The notes: generated from the sequence alone by a model not told the origin. A DNA stretch of 64,000 nucleotides from Candidatus Eiseniibacteriota bacterium (GCA_965224245.1 OZ245046.1:2496001-2560000), one strand, 5' to 3'. Positions 18,845 through 29,217 are shown, counted from the stretch's first letter. A program made the numbers and translations.

Positions 18845-19993
18845 TCACGCCTCGAACCCCTCGGGGACCGGGAACTGAAGCTTGAAGATGGTGCCGCCCT
18901 GCGGGCGATTGCGCACGTGGATCGTGCCGCCGTGGTCCTTCATGATCTGCAGCGACAGCGGCAGCCCCAGCCCCGTGCCCATGCTCTTCATGGTGAAGAA
19001 CGGGTCGAAGATGCGGTCCTTGGCCTCGGGCGGGATCCCGCATCCGGTGTCGCTGAAGGACACCTCGACCGTCGGACGCTTCACGCGGTATCGCCGGAGC
19101 GCGCTGGACACGCGCAGGATGGTCTCGCTGTCACCGTCAACGTCGGCCAGCGCGTCGATGGCGTTGATCAGCATGTTCGAGAACACCTGGAGCGTCGTGG
19201 CCTCGTCCACCTCGACCCGGGGCAGGTCCCCCGCGAGCTCCTTGCGCAGCGTCACGCGGGTGTCCGCGAGGCGGCGCGAGACGCGGTCCAGGCTCGTCTC
19301 CAGGAGCGAGTTGATGTCGATCAGGTTGCGCGTCCCGCCGGGAGGCCGCGCCAGCACCAGCAGGTCGGTGATGATCTTCTCGATGCGGTCGAGCTCGGAG
19401 ATGACGTCTCCCACGCTCCCCCGGAGGGGATGATCGGGGTCGAGCTTGGTCTCCAGGAACTGGATCGTGGTGCGGATGCCCGTGAGCGGGTTCCGGATCT
19501 CGTGGGCCACGACGGCGGAGAGCTCACCCAGGTGGGCGAGCCGCTCGGCGGTGCGGCGGAACTCCTCTTCCTCGGCGGTATCGGAGATGTCGCGGAACGT
19601 CACCACCGCCCCGATCGAACGTCCCCGTCGATCCTCGAGGACCCGGGCGCTCGACTCCACGACGACCTCCTTGTCGCCGATCCTCAGCGCGACCTCGCGC
19701 ATGCGGCTCGGATCTCCGACCCGATCCTCGCCGCTGGGAGAGAGCCAGTCGGCGTCGTCGGTCTCGACCACGTCGGACAGACGCCGGCCCCGCACGTCCT
19801 CCAGCGTGACGTCGAGGACGTCGGCCGCGACCTGGTTCAGGAACAGGACGGTGCCGCCGGGGTCCAGGGCCAGAAGGCCGGTGTCGAGGTTGTCGAGAAC
19901 GAGGTGACCGAGGTCCTCCGCGGCCGGCTTCTTCGGGGCGGGCTCGGCCGCGGCGGGGGTCGTCATCGTGGCCGGAACGTCTCCCTGTTCCAT
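18845..19993 (-). CDS. Cytoplasmic PAS-domain sensor histidine kinase
   Basis: PAS region, AHEIRNPL H-box, NMLINAIDA, DTGCGI, FDPFFT and GTGLGL. No TM segment. GGAGG RBS before ATG at 19993. Confidence 0.93.
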   Translation of the reverse strand: MEQGDVPATMTTPAAAEPAPKKPAAEDLGHLVLDNLDTGLLALDPGGTVLFLNQVAADVLDVTLEDVRGRRLSDVVETDDADWLSPSGEDRVGDPSRMREVALRIGDKEVVVESSARVLEDRRGRSIGAVVTFRDISDTAEEEEFRRTAERLAHLGELSAVVAHEIRNPLTGIRTTIQFLETKLDPDHPLRGSVGDVISELDRIEKIITDLLVLARPPGGTRNLIDINSLLETSLDRVSRRLADTRVTLRKELAGDLPRVEVDEATTLQVFSNMLINAIDALADVDGDSETILRVSSALRRYRVKRPTVEVSFSDTGCGIPPEAKDRIFDPFFTMKSMGTGLGLPLSLQIMKDHGGTIHVRNRPQGGTIFKLQFPVPEGFEA

Positions 19994-20048
19994 GCCGTCG
20001 GGCTCTCCTCCGGTGGCGGCAGCCGGACACCCCATCGCGGGGCGCGGG

Positions 20049-20456
20049 TCAGGAGGCGGTCACCGGGCGCGTCGCGATCGCGAGCCTGGCCGCCCCCAGA
20101 CGCTTGGCGATGTCCATGACCTCGATCGTGCGTCCGAGTGAGACGCTCTCGTCTCCGCGCACGACGACGGCACGGTCGGGGTCGGACTCGAGCGCCTCGG
20201 CCAGCTTTCCCTGCAGCTCCGCCATCGTGACGCGGTCCTCGTTCACGAGGACCCGTCCATCCTTCTCCAGCGTGATCACGATCGGATGCTGGTCGAGCGT
20301 CTCGGGATTCGACTCCTTGGGCAAGCTGACCTTCGTACCAACTTGCATGATGAACGACGAGGAGAGCAAGAAGAAGATCAAAAGCAGGAAGATGATGTCG
20401 GCCATCGCCGTCGACTCGAAGCTCATCAGCAGCTTTCGCTGCTTCTTGAACTTCAT
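20049..20456 (-). CDS. exbD: ExbD/TolR biopolymer transport protein
   Basis: AMADIIFLLLIFFLL and VVVRGD motifs. Confidence 0.9.
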   Translation of the reverse strand: MKFKKQRKLLMSFESTAMADIIFLLLIFFLLSSSFIMQVGTKVSLPKESNPETLDQHPIVITLEKDGRVLVNEDRVTMAELQGKLAEALESDPDRAVVVRGDESVSLGRTIEVMDIAKRLGAARLAIATRPVTAS

Positions 20457-21127
20457 CGAACGGTACCGTGCGCGCGCCGGCGAGTCGCCTCGGGATCGTG
20501 CGCGCCGGTGCCGTGTGCCGCGTCGCGCGTGAAGAGGGACTCGATCACGCGCTCGGACGCCATCTCCATCTGGTGCGTGATGGCCTGGATGCGCCCGACG
20601 ATGATGTTGTGCGCGAAGTACGTGAACACGCCGACCGACAGCCCGGCGGCCGTGGTCAAGAGCGCCTCCCAGATGCCGCCGGCCAGCACGCTGGCGTCGA
20701 CGTTGCCCCCGAGCTTCTCGATGGACTGGAACGCCTGGATCATCCCGAGCACCGTCCCCAGGAAGCCGAGCAGCGGCGCCCCTCCCACGATCGTGGCCAG
20801 GACGGCCACGTTGCGCTCGAGCCGGTTGGTCTCGGTCTCGCCCGCGCCCTCGATCGCGCGCCGGACCTCGGCCTCGCCGCCGGACACGTGCGAGAGCCCC
20901 GCCAGGACGACGCCCGAGAGCGGATGACCGCTGCGCTCGCAGACGTGGATGGCCTCGGTCAGATCACCCGAGGCGACCGCGTCGCGCACCTCCCGCTCGA
21001 GGCGATCGGCGCCCCGAGACGCCTTCCGGAGCTGCGTCACGCGCTCGAGGATGATCGCGACCGACACGACGGAGCACAGAAAGATGGGGTACATCAGGAA
21101 CCCACCCTTCGACAGCAGCTCGAGCAA
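20453..21127 (-). CDS. exbB: MotA/TolQ/ExbB proton channel protein
   Basis: APLLGFLGTVLGMI and GIWEALLTTAAGL motifs. Confidence 0.9.
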   Translation of the reverse strand: MLELLSKGGFLMYPIFLCSVVSVAIILERVTQLRKASRGADRLEREVRDAVASGDLTEAIHVCERSGHPLSGVVLAGLSHVSGGEAEVRRAIEGAGETETNRLERNVAVLATIVGGAPLLGFLGTVLGMIQAFQSIEKLGGNVDASVLAGGIWEALLTTAAGLSVGVFTYFAHNIIVGRIQAITHQMEMASERVIESLFTRDAAHGTGAHDPEATRRRAHGTVR

Positions 21128-21221
21128 GATGCCTCCCTGTTTCGCGACGGCCCGCTCTGCGTGGCCGGCGCGCGAAGCGGCCGGACGCGGGAGCGCAGCC
21201 CGATTCGATCACGACGTCGAT

Positions 21222-22859
21222 CTAGAACGCGTAGCGGAACCCGGCATGCACCGATCGCCCCTCCGCGAGGTACTCCCCGTACTCCCGATACGACCGGTCG
21301 GCGAGGTTGCGGCCCTCGATGGTGACCTCCCAGGGCGCGCCCACCCGGAACTCGGCGATCGCTCCCAGGGTCCAGCCTCCCGCCAGGCGTCCCTCGTCGG
21401 TGCTCCCCCAGCGGTCGCCGAGGAACGTGGCGGTCACTCCGGCCGTGCCGCGGCCTCTCCGGTACTGGAGCCCCACGTCGGCTGCGTGCGTGGCAACGTA
21501 CGCGATCCGGGCGCCCTCGATCCACGTCAACGTGTAGTGGGATTCGACGGCGAACCCCCGCGGGAGCTGCCAGGTGGCGTGGCCGGATGCCTCGAGCACG
21601 TACCGGAGCCCCAGGTTCGTCAGCGCGTAGCGTCCCGGCTCGCTCGCCTCGAGGTGCAGGTAGCCGCGCGATCGCCGGAGCGAGGCGCTTCCGTCCAGCG
21701 AGAGCTCGCCGTTCGGCCAGAGCTCGCCACCGGCCTCGAGACCGATGATCGAGCGCTCCGGCGCCTGCCCCACGACCCCGGCCGCGAACGGCGTGTCCTC
21801 GAAGTGGCCCAGGAGATCGGGTGCCACGAACACCGGGGCGATCCCGAACCAGACGCGACCGGCGGGGTAGACCTCGCGCGCCAGGCGCAGCCTCGGACCG
21901 ATGACGTCGTGCGTCCCCAGCCGGTGCAAGGCCACTCCCCCGATCACGCTCCAGCCGGAGTCGTGCCGCATGCGGATGGTGGCTTCGGCGTCGACACGCC
22001 CCCGCGTGTCGCCGTCGCCCGCGGGATCCTCCTCGTCGAGTACGCCGGTGTTCACGTCGACGCTGGCGTTCCACATCCGGACCCCGAGCGGAACGTCCAG
22101 GTGCACGCCCGCCCTCGCGTCGAACACGGTCTGCTCGCGCGCGCCGTCGACCTCTCGAAACGAGCCCCGGTCGGCCTGGCCGGTGAGCCCCAGGACGAAC
22201 CCGCCGCCTTCGATGCGGTACGCGAGCTCGCTGCTCCAGCGACCGAACGTCTGCTGTCGATGGGCCTCCACCAGATCCGCCGTGCGCTCGCCTCCCACCG
22301 GGAGATCGGTCTCACGCGAGCGCCGTCCGACCTCGACCCGGAAGGCCGATCCCCCGGTGGGCGCCATGGCCGCGCCGACCGCCAGGTCGAGGCGGCTCCA
22401 TCCCGAGTCGGAGAGGTGACCGTCCGAGGCCTCGCCGCCCAGCCGCCCGAACAGCCCTCCGGTCTCCAGCTGCTGCGTGACGTCGAAGCCCGCGGCGAAC
22501 GTGCCGTATCCACCGCCGCGCAGGCTCCCGCGCACCGCCAGCTCGTCGGGAATCGCCGGTGCGTAGACCTCGTCGTAGCGCATGCGCGTGGCCTCGTCGC
22601 CGACGCGCACGTCGACCGGGGAGCCGATCTCGGGCACGGCGAGCGGGATCGGATCGCTGGCCACCGCACGCGCGTCCTCGGGATCTCCCACGCCGAGGAG
22701 CGCCTCGTCGATGTCCTCGATGCCGACCTCCGGCAGCGCCAGGTCCGGCTTCGCGTCCTCGAGATCCTGACCCGGGGCGGCGTCCGGCCGGATGAGCGCG
22801 GTCGCCGCGAAGACGATCAGCGCGACGGGTCGCCGGTGGGCTGTTCCTCGAAAATCCAC
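21222..22859 (-). CDS. Outer-membrane beta-barrel with a TonB-dependent-receptor-like C-terminus
   Basis: GTG at 22859 with AAGGAG RBS. Signal-like N-terminus, alternating beta strands, ending GRNLADRSY...GRSVHAGFRYAF. Confidence 0.7.
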   Translation of the reverse strand: MDFRGTAHRRPVALIVFAATALIRPDAAPGQDLEDAKPDLALPEVGIEDIDEALLGVGDPEDARAVASDPIPLAVPEIGSPVDVRVGDEATRMRYDEVYAPAIPDELAVRGSLRGGGYGTFAAGFDVTQQLETGGLFGRLGGEASDGHLSDSGWSRLDLAVGAAMAPTGGSAFRVEVGRRSRETDLPVGGERTADLVEAHRQQTFGRWSSELAYRIEGGGFVLGLTGQADRGSFREVDGAREQTVFDARAGVHLDVPLGVRMWNASVDVNTGVLDEEDPAGDGDTRGRVDAEATIRMRHDSGWSVIGGVALHRLGTHDVIGPRLRLAREVYPAGRVWFGIAPVFVAPDLLGHFEDTPFAAGVVGQAPERSIIGLEAGGELWPNGELSLDGSASLRRSRGYLHLEASEPGRYALTNLGLRYVLEASGHATWQLPRGFAVESHYTLTWIEGARIAYVATHAADVGLQYRRGRGTAGVTATFLGDRWGSTDEGRLAGGWTLGAIAEFRVGAPWEVTIEGRNLADRSYREYGEYLAEGRSVHAGFRYAF

Positions 22860-25800
22860 GGGTTCTCCTTGATCCAGTCGAGGCGGCGCTGCGCGTCCTC
22901 GGTCCACGACGCGTCTCCGCTCGCCTCGACGATGTGCTGATACTGATCCTCGGCGTCGCGCCAGCGGCTGAGACGCTCGAAGGCCTCCGCCATCCGGTAG
23001 CGCGCGGAGATTCGCCACTCCTGCTGGTCGGCGAACTGCTCCACGACGCGTCGATACCCGCCGATGGCATCTTCGTACCGCTCGGAGTCGAAGTCGAGAT
23101 CGGCGACCCAGTACTGCGCCTCCGCACCGACGGCGCCCGTTCCCAGCTCGGCGGCGCGACTCAGGTGGCGCTTCGCGCGCTGGAGATCGCCCCGGTCACG
23201 GGCGATGAGACCGGCCTCCAAGAGCGCGTCGGCCCGCACGGCCGCCTCGGCCGACGTGGCCTTGCCCACCGACTCGAACGCGTCGAGCGCCTTGTCGGTC
23301 TGGCCGGTCTCCTTGAACGCCAGCCCCAGGTTGAACAGGGCGGTGACGCGCGTCTTCTCGTCGGGCTTCAGCCGCACGACGCGTTCGAACTCGTCGCGAG
23401 CCAGATCGTATTTGCCCAGCTCGTAGAAGAGACGTCCGGCCTCGAAGCGGAAGTCGATGCCGTCCTGCACGTCGCCGTGATGGGCCGCATTGCGATAGAA
23501 CTCGGCCGCGCGCAGCTGGTCGCCCAGCTCCAGCGACGCCAGCGCGCACCGGTGGTTGGCGTCGACGACGTAGGTGTCGGGCGTGCCGGCCTTCAGGTAC
23601 CGGCGCAGGGCCTCGATGCCTTCGCGCCAGCGACCGGCCTCCAGATGCTCCACCCCGATCCGATACATCGTCTCGCCGCTGGCCGCGGCCTCGGGTACCA
23701 CCTCGGCGTGCTCGCTCGCGGCGGTCACCGCGGCGTCGGTCTTCCCCGCGGCCTCGAGGCTTCTGACGCGCCCCGCGTAGGCGGCGTCCCGAACGTCCTT
23801 CGGGTAGATGCTGGCGGTCAGCGGCTCGTACGTGGCGGCGGCGTCCTGGAACTGACCGAGCGCGTACTGACACTGCCCCAGCTGGAGCCGCGCCCGCGTG
23901 CGCACCGAGTCGGGGGTGTCGGTGCGGGCCAGCACCCGCTCGACGCGCAGGCTCGCGTCGGCGTAGCGCCCCTCGTCGTGGAGCAACGCCGCCGCTCGCG
24001 TCAGCGCGTACGGCACCTCCGGGCTCTCGGGGTAGCGCCGGGTGATCTCGTCGTAGCGCGCGCGCGCGTCGGCGACGTTGCCCGTGCGCTCGAGCGCCGA
24101 CGCGAGCTGGACCAGCGCTCGCTCGGCCAGACGGCTCTGCGGGTAGCGAGCGAGGAGGGCGCCGAGATCGCGAGCGGCCAGATCGACCCGGTCGAGGCGC
24201 AGCTGGCACATCGCCCGGCGAAACAGGAGGTCATCCTCGCGCCCGGTGTCTCGGAAGCGATCGAGCAGGTCGGTGAAGCGCTCGGACGCGTCCTCGAAGC
24301 GACCCTGGCGGTAGTCGCACCACCCCTCGCCGTACAGCGCGTCGGCGGCGCGTGGGCCGTCGGGATCGGCGATGCGGATCGCGCGATAGCTCTCGCGGGC
24401 CTCGTCGAAGCGCTCCTGCCGGTAGAGCGACTCGGCCAGCCAGAACCGCGCGTCGGCCCGGTGCGGACTGTCGGGATACCGGAGGATCAGCTCGCGAAAG
24501 GACTCCTCGGCCTCGGCGAACTGGCCGAGCTTGTACGCGCTGACCGCGAGCCGGAAGAGAACGTCGGCCCGGTCGCCGTCGCCGCTGGAGCGGGTCAATC
24601 GCGCGCGGTACGCGGCCGCGGCGTCGTCGAAGCGCTCGGACAGGAACAGGTTCTCGCCCCCCACGAGGCTCGCCTCTGCCACGAGCGGCGACTCGGGATA
24701 CAGCCGCGTCAGCTCGTCGATCAGCGTCTGTGACCGCTCGTAGTCCCCCAGCCGGTGATACGTGTACGCCAGCGCGTATCGGGCCTCGTCACCGAACGGC
24801 GTGTCGCGGCGACCGCGCACGCGCTCGAGGGGACCGACCGCGTCCTGGAGGCGATCCAGGCGCAACATCGCCACGCCGGTCGCGTACGCGGTGGCCGTGC
24901 GCAGCGAGTCGGACACGCCGGTCATCGACGAGAGCTCGGTGAACCGGCCGAGCGCCTTCTCGTAGTCGCCCGCGGCCATCTCGGCCCAGCCGATCTGATA
25001 CGTGAGCGTGGCCCGCTCGCTCCCCTCGGCGGACGCGAGCACGCGCTCCAGGCGCGGGAGCGCATCGACCTCGTGGCCGAGCGCGAACAGGCTCTGCGCG
25101 ACCATCAGCTCGCCCCGGGGGTCCAGCGCCGCGATGTCGTCCTGGAGCCACTCCAGCGCCTCGGCGTGCCGTCCCAGCCGATAGCACGAGGCCCCGGCCT
25201 CGAATCGTGCACGTCCGGCGACGTCGGGGTCGGTGCCGGCGGCGGCGATGCGGAAGTCTTCCAGCGCCTGCTCCTCGCGGCCGAGCGCACGCGCGCACCA
25301 CCCGTGTCCGAAGTGCGCGCGCTGGCGCACGTCGGCCGAGCCCACCCGGAGGAGCGACTCGTACAGCCCCAGCGCCCGGGTGCAATCACCCTGACGGGCC
25401 AGCGCCTCGGCGCGGAGCCACCGGGCCCGCGCGACGCGGGGGTCCAGAGGGGCCTGCGTGTAGAAGCGGCCGAACGCGAGCTGCGCGCCGGCGTAGTCAC
25501 CCGACTCGTAGAGAACCTCGCCACGCAGGAAGAGCGCGTCCAGCGTGACCGCGAGCGGACCGTCCAGGCGCTCGATGACGTCGAGATCCGCGAGGACGCG
25601 CGCATCGTCGCCCCGGGAGCGCCAGATGCGCGCGCGCATGAGCCGCGCGGTGGCTTCGTCGTCGGCGCTCTGCGTCTCGCTGATGAAGAGATCCAGCTCG
25701 GCCGCCGCCATCCGCCAGCTGCCGCGGTCCATCGACTCGCGGATGCGCTCGAGGGGCGCGCTGGACGCGTGCGCCGTGGCGGCCAGGCACACGGCGACGC

Positions 25801-25888
25801 ACACGCCGAGGACGGCGACGAGGACGGCGGCGGTCGCCGGGCCGGCGTGCGCGCGACCGGGCGCGACGCGCGTCGGGGTGCGCGTCAT
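22817..25888 (-). CDS. Large exported tetratricopeptide-repeat protein (BamD/YbgF-like repeats)
   Basis: Signal peptide and many TPR units with YPxS / A.F..A motifs. Confidence 0.85.
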   Translation of the reverse strand: MTRTPTRVAPGRAHAGPATAAVLVAVLGVCVAVCLAATAHASSAPLERIRESMDRGSWRMAAAELDLFISETQSADDEATARLMRARIWRSRGDDARVLADLDVIERLDGPLAVTLDALFLRGEVLYESGDYAGAQLAFGRFYTQAPLDPRVARARWLRAEALARQGDCTRALGLYESLLRVGSADVRQRAHFGHGWCARALGREEQALEDFRIAAAGTDPDVAGRARFEAGASCYRLGRHAEALEWLQDDIAALDPRGELMVAQSLFALGHEVDALPRLERVLASAEGSERATLTYQIGWAEMAAGDYEKALGRFTELSSMTGVSDSLRTATAYATGVAMLRLDRLQDAVGPLERVRGRRDTPFGDEARYALAYTYHRLGDYERSQTLIDELTRLYPESPLVAEASLVGGENLFLSERFDDAAAAYRARLTRSSGDGDRADVLFRLAVSAYKLGQFAEAEESFRELILRYPDSPHRADARFWLAESLYRQERFDEARESYRAIRIADPDGPRAADALYGEGWCDYRQGRFEDASERFTDLLDRFRDTGREDDLLFRRAMCQLRLDRVDLAARDLGALLARYPQSRLAERALVQLASALERTGNVADARARYDEITRRYPESPEVPYALTRAAALLHDEGRYADASLRVERVLARTDTPDSVRTRARLQLGQCQYALGQFQDAAATYEPLTASIYPKDVRDAAYAGRVRSLEAAGKTDAAVTAASEHAEVVPEAAASGETMYRIGVEHLEAGRWREGIEALRRYLKAGTPDTYVVDANHRCALASLELGDQLRAAEFYRNAAHHGDVQDGIDFRFEAGRLFYELGKYDLARDEFERVVRLKPDEKTRVTALFNLGLAFKETGQTDKALDAFESVGKATSAEAAVRADALLEAGLIARDRGDLQRAKRHLSRAAELGTGAVGAEAQYWVADLDFDSERYEDAIGGYRRVVEQFADQQEWRISARYRMAEAFERLSRWRDAEDQYQHIVEASGDASWTEDAQRRLDWIKENPWIFEEQPTGDPSR

Positions 25889-26199
25889 CAAAGAGACGAA
25901 CACGGTTGTCTTCCTCTGCTACACGGCCGCGCGATCGGGCCGAGATCACGCGCTACGCTCACGCGGAGGTCTCGTGCAGGGCTGGCTGCCGCGCAATCTA
26001 TCACAGCGTTTCCGGCATTTCTACGCTCGTTGACCGACGCATGTTCCGTTGCTAGGGTGCGTTGCGCCGCTTCTCGCAGGATCGTCGCTCACCGCGACGC
26101 GTGCGTCGCGCGCGGCGCTCACGACACGTGCACCGTTCGCCTGGGACATACGCGGTCGTGCAAACGTCACCTCGGATCGGTCGGAGGTCAACGAACGGC

Positions 26200-26874
26200 A
26201 TGTCATCGCAACGTGATACGCCTGTGGGCCCACCGCCTGCAGGGCTCGACGCCGGCGCCGCCACGCTCGACGACTCCGTCGAGACGCGCGCGGCGAAGCT
26301 GTGCCTGACGCGCGCAACCAGCCCGCGCTGGGCGCCGATCGCGGTGGCGTCGCTGTCGGACACCATGCTCGACCACGCATGGTGCGAGAAGAAGGCCGCG
26401 GCCACGGCGATGTCTCTCGTGAGTCGATACCCCGAGGACCCGGATCTGGTTCGGGCCATGATCGCGCTGGCCCACGAGGAGTGGCAGCACTTCGAACGCG
26501 TGTTCTCGGTGCTGGACGCACGGGGCATCAGGTTCACGCGCGAGGAGCGCGATCCCTACGTGAACGAGCTGGTCTCGCTCTCTCGCGCCACCGAGCCCCA
26601 CCGGTACCTGGATCGGATGCTCATCGCGGCGTTCATCGAGGCCCGGTCCTGCGAGCGATTCGGGCTCCTGGCCGAGGCGCTTCCACCGGAGGAGGCCGAG
26701 CTGGCCGAGTTCTATCGCGAGCTCTTCGTTTCCGAGGCGCGCCACTACACGCTGTTCGTCGAGCTCGCGGCCCGCCGCGCCGACCGCGAGACGGTGCGCG
26801 CGCGCGTGGCCGAGCTGTCGGCACACGAGTCCGACATCATCGCGCGGCTGCCCCTGGCACCCAGGATGCACTGA
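26200..26874 (+). CDS. miaE: tRNA-(ms2io6A37) hydroxylase MiaE
   Basis: DHAWCEKKAA, EEWQHF, IEARSCERF and SEARHY motifs, ending in RMH. Confidence 0.92.
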   Translation: MSSQRDTPVGPPPAGLDAGAATLDDSVETRAAKLCLTRATSPRWAPIAVASLSDTMLDHAWCEKKAAATAMSLVSRYPEDPDLVRAMIALAHEEWQHFERVFSVLDARGIRFTREERDPYVNELVSLSRATEPHRYLDRMLIAAFIEARSCERFGLLAEALPPEEAELAEFYRELFVSEARHYTLFVELAARRADRETVRARVAELSAHESDIIARLPLAPRMH

Positions 26875-26900
26875 CCGATGCGGTCCCGGACGACCGGCGC

Positions 26901-27770
26901 GTGAACGTCGGCGCCCACATGTCGATCGCGGGTGGCCTCCACCGCGCGATCGAGCGCGCCGAGTCCGAGGGCGCGACCGCGCTCCAGATCTTCGTCCGCA
27001 ATCAGCGCCAGTGGGACGCCAAGCCCATGGCGGACGACGACCGGGACCGGTTCCGCGAGGCGCGCCTGGCGAGCGGCCTCTCGGGCGTGATCGCACACGC
27101 GAGCTACCTCCCCAATCTGGCCTCGCCGGACGACGCGCTGTGGGAACGATCCATCTCGGCGATCACCGACGAGCTGGGACGAGCGGACGCGCTCGGGCTG
27201 GACGCGCTGGTGCTCCATCCCGGCGCCCACATGGGGTCGGGCGTCGACGCCGGGCTGACGCGGATCAGCCGCGCGGTACGGCGGATCCTGGATGCGCATC
27301 CGCGAGCCCGATGTCGCCTCCTGTTCGAGACGACCGCCGGCGCCGGCACGCAGATCGGCTCACGGTTCGACGAGCTCGCGCGCCTGATGGCGACGTCGGG
27401 GCCGCTCGATCGGCTGGGCGTGTGTCTGGACACCTGTCACGTCTACGCCGCGGGTCACGACATCGGGAGCGCCGCGGGCTACCGGCGCGTGCGCCGCGAG
27501 CTCGACGCGATCGTGGGGCTCGTGCACCTCCACGCCGTCCACGTGAACGACTCCGAGGGCGCCCTGGGGTCGCACCTGGATCGTCATGCCCACATCGGGC
27601 GCGGAGAGATCGGGGACGCGGGGTTCGGAGCCCTGATGCGAGACCCCCGCCTGGCAGCGGTGCCGAAGATCCTGGAGACGCCCAAGGGCAGGACCCGCGG
27701 GCGGACCTGGGATGCGGTGAACCTGGCGCGCCTGCGGCGGCTCGCGCGCCCGAAGGGCCACCGTCGGTGA
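26901..27770 (+). CDS. nfo: Endonuclease IV
   Basis: GAHMSIAGG, HASYLPNLAS, LHPG, ETTAG, CLDTCH, HVNDS, DRHAHIG and ILETP motifs. Confidence 0.95.
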   Translation: MNVGAHMSIAGGLHRAIERAESEGATALQIFVRNQRQWDAKPMADDDRDRFREARLASGLSGVIAHASYLPNLASPDDALWERSISAITDELGRADALGLDALVLHPGAHMGSGVDAGLTRISRAVRRILDAHPRARCRLLFETTAGAGTQIGSRFDELARLMATSGPLDRLGVCLDTCHVYAAGHDIGSAAGYRRVRRELDAIVGLVHLHAVHVNDSEGALGSHLDRHAHIGRGEIGDAGFGALMRDPRLAAVPKILETPKGRTRGRTWDAVNLARLRRLARPKGHRR

Positions 27771-27801
27771 GGGGGCGACGCGGTCGGGCGGGGTCCGACG
27801 G

Positions 27802-28359
27802 TCAGGCGCGCGTGACGTACTTTCCGGTGCGGGTATCGACGCGGATGACGTCGCCCGGGTCGATGAAGTACGGGACGAGCACGGTCGCCCCGGTCTCGAC
27901 GGTGGCGGGCTTGCCGCTGCCCTGGGCGGTGTCGCCCTTGAACGCCGGCGGGCAGTCCTCCACGCGCAGATCCACCGTGGTCGGCAGCTCGACGGCGATC
28001 GGACGCCCCTCGTAGACCAGCACCATGGTCTCGATGTTCTCCTGGAGCCACTTCGACTGGTCGCCGAGCACCTCTTCGGTGATGGGGAGCTGATCGAACG
28101 TCTCGGTGTCCATGAAGTGGTACTCGCCGTCGGCGCTGTACAGGTACTGCATCTTCCGGTTCTGGCAGTCGGGCTTCTCGAACTTCTCGCCGGCACGGAA
28201 CGTGCGGTCGATGACCGAGCCGGTCAGGAGGTGACGGAGCTTGGTCTTGACGAACGCGCCGCCCTTGCCGGGCTTGACGTGCTGGAAGTCGATGATCTGA
28301 TGCGGCGCGCCCTCGACCTGAATGCGCAAGCCGTTCCGAAAGTCCGCAGTGTCGATCAT
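27802..28359 (-). CDS. efp: Elongation factor P
   Basis: HVKPGKGGAF, KGDTA, KPATVETG and VDTRTGKY motifs. Confidence 0.97.
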   Translation of the reverse strand: MIDTADFRNGLRIQVEGAPHQIIDFQHVKPGKGGAFVKTKLRHLLTGSVIDRTFRAGEKFEKPDCQNRKMQYLYSADGEYHFMDTETFDQLPITEEVLGDQSKWLQENIETMVLVYEGRPIAVELPTTVDLRVEDCPPAFKGDTAQGSGKPATVETGATVLVPYFIDPGDVIRVDTRTGKYVTRA

Positions 28360-28362
28360 GGC

Positions 28363-29217
28363 CTATTTGAGCCTCTTGAGAATGTTGTAGCCGACGTTGC
28401 TCTCGAAGATCTGGGAGACCTGACCGATCTCCAGCGATCGGGCGATGTCGCCGACCTCCTGGCCGTACGTGTACCGGTTGAACGTGCCGAGGTTGCCGCC
28501 CATGCCCTTGCGGGGGCCGTCGGTGTGCTTCCGCGCCAGGTGCTGGAACGAATCGGGGTGGGCCAGCGCCCGCCGATGCAGGTCGCCGATGAGCTGGATC
28601 GCCTCGAAGCGCGTGCGGTCGTTCTTGCCCGCCTCGCGGTGCGAGATCAGGATCAGCGCACAGATGTAGTTGTCGGCAACGTCACGCTTCAGGATGTGGA
28701 AGCCCGCGGGCGTCTCGACCACGCCGGTGACCTCGCCGATGTCGATCGAGAACACCGCGTTCTCGAACTCCTCGTTTCGCGTGCCCCGCGGGAACGGCGG
28801 CACGAAGCAGCTTCGATCCCGGTAGAGGCTCTCGGAGTGCTCGTCCAGGAGCGCCTCGAACGTGGCCTCGCCCGACTCGATCTTCCCATGGATCTCGTCG
28901 GCGAGAGCCCGGGCCTCGTCCCGGCTGCGCGTGATCGTGTCCCCGGCTCCGATCGCGCCGGCATACCGGATCAGGATCTCGCGGCAGGCCGCCTTGTCGG
29001 TGCTCTCCTCGCCGACGTCGTCCATCCCGCGCGTCGAGATCTCGCCCGGCGGCAGGAAGTCGACGCCGGGAGCGTCGGTTCCCGAATCCGCCGCATCACC
29101 CGTGGAATCACCACTTCCGCATCCCGGGCCCAGACCCGCGACCCCGATCACCACCGAAAGCACCGCGACGCGCAGCCCGCGACGCGACGATCCTCTCCGT
29201 CCAACGCTCGTCGACAT
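28363..29217 (-). CDS. Exported two-domain parvulin-type peptidyl-prolyl isomerase
   Basis: EILIRYAG, FENAVF, VETPAGFHIL, LARKHTD..GGNLG and SNVGYNIL motifs. N-terminal hydrophobic segment with Cys. Start uncertain. Confidence 0.82.
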   Translation of the reverse strand: MSTSVGRRGSSRRGLRVAVLSVVIGVAGLGPGCGSGDSTGDAADSGTDAPGVDFLPPGEISTRGMDDVGEESTDKAACREILIRYAGAIGAGDTITRSRDEARALADEIHGKIESGEATFEALLDEHSESLYRDRSCFVPPFPRGTRNEEFENAVFSIDIGEVTGVVETPAGFHILKRDVADNYICALILISHREAGKNDRTRFEAIQLIGDLHRRALAHPDSFQHLARKHTDGPRKGMGGNLGTFNRYTYGQEVGDIARSLEIGQVSQIFESNVGYNILKRLK

